64,000 nt of DNA from Bryobacteraceae bacterium (GTDB lineage: Bacteria; Acidobacteriota; Terriglobia; Bryobacterales; Bryobacteraceae), in contig JAXLQM010000001.1 in NCBI GenBank assembly GCA_046331645.1, forward strand, positions 152,473 to 216,472, read 5' to 3'. This document shows, one piece after another, positions 58,851-64,000 of the stretch (position 1 is its first letter; every line of letters starts with the position of its first letter). Under the pieces are notes generated by a model. It made no database searches and was not told the DNA's origin. It saw only the letters and a list, made by a program, of their open reading frames with translations. The translations under genes were made by a program, and so were the position numbers.

Positions 58851-59912
58851 CTATTGATTCACGGCCGCCATCCAGTAGCCTGGACGCGTGCGCACTTCGT
58901 GGCCTGCCTTGCGCACCTCAATGCGGATGGAATGCCAGCCGCCTTCCAGCTTCGTGCTGCCGGGGTTGTAGCTGATCAGATAGTGGCTGTGCAGTTCTTC
59001 GCCGATCTTGCTGATCGCCTCTTCCAGCGCGCGTTGCGTCACGAAGCCGAATTCGCGGCCTCCTGTGTATTTGGTGAACACTTCGGCCGGGTTGGAGACG
59101 AACACCGCCTTCGCCTGGCGGAAAATCTCCACGAATGCCGGCAACACGTTGCCCGTACCCCCATATTGCGCCACCGTTGTCGGAGTGGCCGTGCCACCTG
59201 CCGGCATGTGGCGGGCTGATGCCGGAATCGGATCCGGACGCGGTACCGGTGTCTTCGCCGTCAGCGTATTGAGGAAGCGGCTCATGTTCACGGTGTAGAT
59301 CAGGACGTTTCGCACCTCGGCTTCAAGCAGCGTATCCTTCAGCCGGCCCTCGCTGCCTTTGTCGCGAGTTTCACTGATCAGCAACAGCACGCGGCGGCGA
59401 TCCTTGGGGCGGCGTCCCAGCATGCGCGTGGCGTCCATTACGGCGTCAATCTGGCGCGCGCTGGAACTGCCAGGGTTGATCGCTTCCAGCGCCTTCGTTA
59501 CCTTCGTCACGTCGGAAGTGAAATCCTGCATCACGCGAATACGGTGGTCAAACGCCATCACGGCGATCTGCCCCTGCTCGCCCACCACTAGATTCTCGAT
59601 CAGCGGTGCGATTTTCTTGATTTTCGGCAGCACTTGATCGGTGACGCCATCGGCCTGCACCACCAGCACGACATCAATCGGCTGGAAGGCCACGTCCACC
59701 TTGAACTCTTGCGGCTTATCGTTGTCGTAAACCACGAAATCCTGTGCCGTCAATCCGTTGACGAAATTACCCTGTTTATCCAGCACCACCGTGGGCGCCA
59801 CCACCACTTGCGTCCCGACACGAATCACCGTTTGCGGATCCTGCGGAAACGCCAATGCGGCAAGCATTACGAAGACAGCCGGTTTCTGGAGCACTGACAT
59901 GCAAGACGTCAT
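58851..59912 (-). CDS. Secreted VWA domain-containing protein.
   Basis: Signal peptide, then a VWA/MIDAS-like region (DVVLVVQADGVTDQ… RVLLLISETRDKGSEG). Confidence 0.7.
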   Translation of the reverse strand: MTSCMSVLQKPAVFVMLAALAFPQDPQTVIRVGTQVVVAPTVVLDKQGNFVNGLTAQDFVVYDNDKPQEFKVDVAFQPIDVVLVVQADGVTDQVLPKIKKIAPLIENLVVGEQGQIAVMAFDHRIRVMQDFTSDVTKVTKALEAINPGSSSARQIDAVMDATRMLGRRPKDRRRVLLLISETRDKGSEGRLKDTLLEAEVRNVLIYTVNMSRFLNTLTAKTPVPRPDPIPASARHMPAGGTATPTTVAQYGGTGNVLPAFVEIFRQAKAVFVSNPAEVFTKYTGGREFGFVTQRALEEAISKIGEELHSHYLISYNPGSTKLEGGWHSIRIEVRKAGHEVRTRPGYWMAAVNQ

Positions 59913-59928
59913 GTTCGATCCTTCCGTT

Positions 59929-60408
59929 TCAGTGGCCGGTGCGGCCTTCGAGCAGGTCCACGATGTGCGGTACCAGTTTCACGATAGCATTGAGCGATTC
60001 GAGAGCGCCTTTGGGCGAACCCGGCACACCCAGCAGCAGCGTCCGCGCGCGTGTTGCCGCCAGGCTCCGCGATAACGATGCCAGCGGCGTCGCTTTCAGC
60101 CCCTCGGCCCGCATCTGCTCGCCCAGGCCGGGAATTTCCTTTTCCAGCACATCGCGTATGGCTTCCGGGGTGACATCGCGCGCGGCAACGCCAGTGCCTC
60201 CGGTGGCGACAACGAAATTCGCCAGTCCCTGATCGGCGATTGCGGCCAGGCGCGTGGCGATGCTCCGCCGGTCATCGGGCAGAATCTCCTGCAGTGCGAC
60301 TTCCCATCCCAATTCGCGCAGGCGTGCACTGAGCGCGGGGCCGGATTTGTCTTCACGCGTACCCTGAAACGAGGAATCGCTGATCGTGAGCACGGCTGCG
60401 CGGATCAT
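59929..60408 (-). CDS. mogA: Molybdenum cofactor biosynthesis protein (MogA/MoaB family).
   Basis: MIRAAVLTISDSSFQGTREDKSGPAL…VVATGGTGVAARDVTPEAI… The track's 200-aa N-terminal extension is Arg/Gly-rich junk overlapping moaC. Confidence 0.8.
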   Translation of the reverse strand: MIRAAVLTISDSSFQGTREDKSGPALSARLRELGWEVALQEILPDDRRSIATRLAAIADQGLANFVVATGGTGVAARDVTPEAIRDVLEKEIPGLGEQMRAEGLKATPLASLSRSLAATRARTLLLGVPGSPKGALESLNAIVKLVPHIVDLLEGRTGH

Positions 60409-60872
60409 TTCTTTCTCCGGAAATCGCCGCTCTTGCCGCCGGTTTTCTCCAACAGATAGAGGTCCTGGATCTCGATCCCTTTGTCCAGCGCCTTCGTCAT
60501 GTCGTACACCGTGAGCGCCGCTACCGAGGCCGCCGTGAGCGCTTCCATCTCCACGCCGGTGGGCCCGGTGTTGGAAACCGTGGAAACAATTCGCACCCCT
60601 TTTGTTTCCACGCGTGCGTCGACATCGATGTGCGAAAGCAGCAGCGGGTGGCACATCGGAATCAGTTCCGATGTCTTCTTGGCCGCGGCGATGCCGGCAA
60701 ACCGCGCCACCTCGAGCGGATTCCCTTTCGGATTGGACGGCAATTGGCGCAATACGGAAGGGCGGATGCGGACAAAAGCGTGCGCCCGCGCCGTGCGCTT
60801 GGTGAGCGCCTTTTCCGAAACATCCACCATGCGGGCGTCGCCCGCTTCGTCGTAGTGTGAGAGCTTCTTCAT
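60405..60872 (-). CDS. moaC: Cyclic pyranopterin monophosphate synthase accessory protein MoaC.
   Basis: LSHYDEAGDARMVDVSEK…IAAAKKTSELIPMCHPLLLSHIDVD… is canonical MoaC. Confidence 0.9.
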   Translation of the reverse strand: MKKLSHYDEAGDARMVDVSEKALTKRTARAHAFVRIRPSVLRQLPSNPKGNPLEVARFAGIAAAKKTSELIPMCHPLLLSHIDVDARVETKGVRIVSTVSNTGPTGVEMEALTAASVAALTVYDMTKALDKGIEIQDLYLLEKTGGKSGDFRRKK

Positions 60873-62101
60873 TGAAGGAGAACCCCGATCTGCTCCCCCG
60901 CGTCCCAGGATTCACGATCCTCGTCGGCCACCAGGAAGGCATTGGCGCGCGCCAGCGATGGCACGTCGCTCGAGCCCTGCCAGCGGATCGGCGTGATCGC
61001 AAAGCCATCGGGCGAGAGCATCGCCGGAAGGAAGCGTGTCAGCCCGGTTTTGTGGCGGAAGGGTTGGGTCAGTGTGGCCCAGGCCAAGGGCAGGGAAGGC
61101 GTGGTCAGTCCGGCCAGCCGTTCCACTGCCGCGCGGGCGAAAACCTCGAAGGTCACCATGGTCGATGCGGGGTTGCCGGGCAGTCCGAAAAAGTACTTTC
61201 CCATCGCTTTCCCGAACACCAGCGGCTGCCCCGGTTGAATTTTGACACGGTCGAAGAAAAATTCCGCGCCTAGCTCGGATAGTACCTTCTCTACCAGATC
61301 GTACTTGCCGGCGGATACTCCCCCCGACAGAAGTAATAGGTCACTTTGGAACCCCTGCTCTATGAGTTCCCGGGTTTGCGAGTACTCATCCGGCGCCACC
61401 GGCAGGATCACCGGTATTCCCCCTGCGCGCGCCACTTGCGCGGCAATCGACCAGGCATTGGAATTGCGGACCTGGAACGGGAGTGGAGTCTGTTCCACCG
61501 GGACCACTTCATCGCCGGTTGTCAGAATGGAAACTGTGGGTTTCGCATAAACTTCGATTTCGCTTCTGCCGATAGTAGCCAGCAGAGCGATGCGAGGGTA
61601 GGTAAGCAACTCACCCGGCGTGAGCAGGACCGCTCCCGCACGGGTTTCGGCACCGGCCGGATTGATGAATTCGCCGGGCTTGTTGCGGCGCTCCGTTTGG
61701 ATCGTAAGCCCTTGCCGTTCAACGTGTTCGACCATGACAACGGTATCCGCCCCGGAGGGGATTGGGGCGCCAGTCATGATCTCGATGGCCTGCTGAGGCC
61801 CCAGCGAGAGGCGGGAGGTTTCTCCGGCCCGAACTTCACCTATTACTTGAAATGATCCCGGTAAGTCTTGGGATCGTACAGCAAATCCATCGCGAACGGA
61901 GCGCGCTACCGGCGGGTAATCCCGATCGGCCGTAACCACCTCGGCCAGCACCCGTTGGGCGGCCGCCGCAAGCGAAACCCGCTCCCGCACCGGGGGGCTG
62001 AGCTGCGCGGTCTGGTCCAAGACGATCCGGCGTCCTTCGCGAAAGGAGACTGTGGCCACAGACGTATTGTACCTGCACAGGCCTGACACTTTTGAAGCCA
62101 A
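60869..62101 (-). CDS. moeA: Molybdopterin molybdotransferase MoeA.
   Basis: Four-domain MoeA layout: …VRDGFAV…IMTGAPIPSGADTVVMVE… and LLLSGGVSAGKYDLV (MoCF_biosynth domain). The start may be up to ~25 codons later. Confidence 0.85.
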   Translation of the reverse strand: MASKVSGLCRYNTSVATVSFREGRRIVLDQTAQLSPPVRERVSLAAAAQRVLAEVVTADRDYPPVARSVRDGFAVRSQDLPGSFQVIGEVRAGETSRLSLGPQQAIEIMTGAPIPSGADTVVMVEHVERQGLTIQTERRNKPGEFINPAGAETRAGAVLLTPGELLTYPRIALLATIGRSEIEVYAKPTVSILTTGDEVVPVEQTPLPFQVRNSNAWSIAAQVARAGGIPVILPVAPDEYSQTRELIEQGFQSDLLLLSGGVSAGKYDLVEKVLSELGAEFFFDRVKIQPGQPLVFGKAMGKYFFGLPGNPASTMVTFEVFARAAVERLAGLTTPSLPLAWATLTQPFRHKTGLTRFLPAMLSPDGFAITPIRWQGSSDVPSLARANAFLVADEDRESWDAGEQIGVLLQ

Positions 62102-62153
62102 AAACTCGCTTAGAGGTGTAGGGGCCTAGTCCAGTACCAAAACCATTGGCTGA

Positions 62154-63479
62154 TTGTCCAACATGAATCCACATCCTAAGATCGAAGGGCTAGCGGAGGC
62201 GGGCAAGTCTCTCTTTGTCCAGCCGTCAGCGGGCACCATCGGAGAAGATGCAATGAACCCTACGAAGGCTAGAACCGGATCGGCGAAATTCGACACTACC
62301 TCGGATGCCCTGTTGTGGGCGGTGGTGGGGCTGCCCATGGCAGTGGAAAGCTCGCGCGCCATTCTGGAAGAAATTCATGGTGCGGTGCAGGAAGGGATGC
62401 GGCAGTTGAGCCGGGGTGGCATGGAGGTGGGCGGGGTGCTCTTCGGCCGCCGCACGGAAGGCGCCATTCGCATCATGGCCTGGCGGCCCATCGCCTGTGA
62501 GCACGCCAAGGGGCCGGGGTTCTCGCTATCCAATAACGACACGCAGAATCTCATGCACCTGCTTGAATCGGCAGCGCGCGATCCGCAGTTGCAGGTTCTT
62601 GAGCCTGTCGGCTGGTTCGTCAGCCACACCCGTACCGGCGTCTCCATGACCGCCGAAGACCTGGAAATCTATCAGAAATTCTTCCCTGAGCCCTGGCAAG
62701 TAACACTTGTTTACCATCCCGTCAATCAGGGCAGCTCGCGAGCCGGGTACTTCATGCGCGAACGCGATGGCAAGGTCCGCACCGAATCCACGTACCGCGA
62801 GTTCTCCGTCGATGGCGTGCGCTATGCCGCGGCAGCGGTGACCGAACCGGCCGTGGCTCCGGTGATTAAAGTGCGGCCCGTGGCCAAGCCTGCTGCGGTG
62901 GCGCCTCCCCGCCTGGTGATGGAATCCTCCGGTGGCGGGCATCGCCGTGTCGCTTTTGCCTCCGCGGCGCTGCTGCTCGGAGCGCTGGCCCTATTCGCCG
63001 TGCCCAAGATCCGCCACATGCAGCCCGGCGACGCGCCTCTGCAGTTGCGCATGGACGATGCCAAAGGCCAGTTGCGCATTGAATGGGACCGCAACAATCT
63101 CGCTGTCCGCGATGGCGATGGCGCCACGCTCTACATCACCGATGGCGGCAAGCTCTCCCCTGTGAAACTGGATCACGATGCCGCCCTCAGCGGTTCGCTC
63201 ACCTACGCCCGGGCCAGCGAAGATGTCATCGTACGCTTCGTCGTCAACCGCTCCGGAGAGGAAGTCTACCAGGAAATGGCGCGCTACGTCGGGCCTCCTG
63301 TTACTAAGGAAGAAGCACGGGAACTGCGTGCCGCGCTCGATGGCACGGACGCCTTCCTGCACGAAGCACAGCGCCTGCGCTCGGAACTGGAACAGGAATC
63401 CAAGCGCAACCAGGAACTGGCGAAAGCCGTGCGCAAGCTGGAAGAGCAGTTGGAGCGCGAAACTCGCCGAGCCAATTAA
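62154..63479 (+). CDS. Membrane-anchored protein with an N-terminal degenerate MPN/JAB-like domain, one TM helix and a C-terminal coiled coil.
   Basis: MEVGGVLFGRR…LEPVGWFVSHTRTGVSMTAED follows the MPN layout (E…G..L.G … GW-HSHP…S..D), but the JAMM motif HSHP is replaced by VSHT (first His lost). TM VAFASAALLLGALALFAV. C-terminal REETRRAN coiled coil. The start may be 62256. Confidence 0.5.
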   Translation: MSNMNPHPKIEGLAEAGKSLFVQPSAGTIGEDAMNPTKARTGSAKFDTTSDALLWAVVGLPMAVESSRAILEEIHGAVQEGMRQLSRGGMEVGGVLFGRRTEGAIRIMAWRPIACEHAKGPGFSLSNNDTQNLMHLLESAARDPQLQVLEPVGWFVSHTRTGVSMTAEDLEIYQKFFPEPWQVTLVYHPVNQGSSRAGYFMRERDGKVRTESTYREFSVDGVRYAAAAVTEPAVAPVIKVRPVAKPAAVAPPRLVMESSGGGHRRVAFASAALLLGALALFAVPKIRHMQPGDAPLQLRMDDAKGQLRIEWDRNNLAVRDGDGATLYITDGGKLSPVKLDHDAALSGSLTYARASEDVIVRFVVNRSGEEVYQEMARYVGPPVTKEEARELRAALDGTDAFLHEAQRLRSELEQESKRNQELAKAVRKLEEQLERETRRAN

Positions 63480-63489
63480 ACTGGTTCTC

Positions 63490-64000
63490 ATGACATTTCT
63501 GGTGCTGATGGCTCCGCTGCTGTTGGCAGCGGCCGAACCCCCTACCGTTGTGCTCTGGCCGCAAGGCGCGCCAGGATCGGAGGGCAAGTCGAGCGACGAA
63601 GCCGTCCGCATCGCACCGGCGGGCGATCGTGTCGTCAGCAATGTCCACAAGCCTTCGCTCACGGTCTACCTGCCTCCCGGCGGCACCGCAACCGGCGCCG
63701 CGGTAATTCTCGCTCCCGGCGGCGGCCACCGTGAATTATGGTCCGATCATGAGGGCCACAACATCGCCAAGTGGCTCAGTGAGCGCGGCGTGGCCGGGTT
63801 CGTGCTGAAGTATCGCCTCGCGCGGGAAAAGGATTCCACCTATACAGTGGAAGGCCATGCCTTCCCCGACATCCAGCGTGCGGTTCGCCTGGTGCGTACA
63901 CGGGCGGCTGAGTTTGGCGTCGATCCCGCACGGATCGGTGTGATGGGCTTCTCCGCTGGTGGCGAGTTGGCTGCTCTGGCCGGTACTCGGTTCGATGCGG
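63490..64000 (+). CDS. Alpha/beta hydrolase (esterase/lipase-like), secreted; C-terminus beyond the window.
   Basis: Signal peptide MTFLVLMAPLLLAAA, an oxyanion region ILAPGGGH and a nucleophile elbow GFSAGG. It has no stop in the window, so it is absent from the ORF track. Confidence 0.7.
   Translation, partial: MTFLVLMAPLLLAAAEPPTVVLWPQGAPGSEGKSSDEAVRIAPAGDRVVSNVHKPSLTVYLPPGGTATGAAVILAPGGGHRELWSDHEGHNIAKWLSERGVAGFVLKYRLAREKDSTYTVEGHAFPDIQRAVRLVRTRAAEFGVDPARIGVMGFSAGGELAALAGTRFDA

Noticed and set aside
59929-61008. 359-aa ORF containing mogA.
   Set aside because: Only the last 159 aa are MogA-like. The upstream 200 aa are Arg/Gly-rich and overlap moaC in another frame.
1-64000. CRISPR arrays, tRNA/rRNA genes, transposases, integrases and prophage blocks.
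   Set aside because: I found no regularly spaced direct repeats, no tRNA-like cloverleaf candidates in intergenic gaps, and no transposase, integrase or phage structural homologs among the ORFs.

Overview
This is a high-GC (~65%) chromosomal segment whose gene content looks acidobacterial (Solibacter-like). It has CarboxypepD_reg-type TonB-dependent receptors (TBDRs), a GxxExxY gene, TadE/TadG pseudopilins, DUF4097 proteins and several Tat-signal enzymes. I call about 57 protein-coding genes, one of them apparently frameshifted (sdhA). I found no rRNA, tRNA, CRISPR array, transposase or integrase. The six-frame track omits ORFs that run off the window edge and contains many GC-rich antisense ORFs that I rejected.

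The main content, in order:
- Two TBDR-centred loci that look like glycan or sugar-acid utilisation modules. The first is TBDR <-> GntR–GH127–MR/MLE, with four ATTGG-N5-CCAAT operator-like palindromes in the divergent promoter. The second is a TBDR followed by two Tat-signal-bearing enolase-superfamily (mandelate racemase / muconate lactonizing enzyme, MR/MLE) paralogs, flanked by a patatin-like phospholipase and a Tat-exported metallophosphoesterase.
- sdhC–sdhA–sdhB, in which sdhA is broken by four clustered single-base indels.
- A GxxExxY gene inserted next to a lipoprotein gene, an FkbM methyltransferase, a dienelactone hydrolase, a secreted beta-helix protein and an ECF sigma factor with a clear intrinsic terminator.
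- ftsK, uppP and metA. The metA leader is 186 nt, strongly structured, and carries an S-box-like CUCUU..AAGAG motif.
- A large SPFH/flotillin protein, a NIPSNAP protein and a hybrid histidine kinase.
- A GT9–mtnP–mnmA–nifS-like operon, a DUF62 SAM hydroxide adenosyltransferase, fpg, a LysM protein with a papain-like (NlpC/P60-like) core and no signal peptide, and a HAD hydrolase.
- An orphan tadG–tadE–tadE operon ending in a 541-aa protein with a caspase/CHAT-like His…Cys motif.
- An ECF sigma – anti-sigma – 2×DUF4097 operon, divergent from a CrtI-like oxidoreductase.
- adk, a GT-C-like membrane protein, and an ECF sigma – HD-GYP operon divergent from a CHASE3 histidine kinase and NarL-type response regulator.
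- A VWA protein, moeA–moaC–mogA, a membrane protein with a degenerate MPN domain, and a partial alpha/beta hydrolase.

I found no single textbook novel system. The most interesting candidates are the putatively periplasmic (Tat-exported) enolase-superfamily pair coupled to a TBDR, the S-box-like metA leader, the GntR operator array, the frameshifted sdhA, and the Tad-operon CHAT-like protein.
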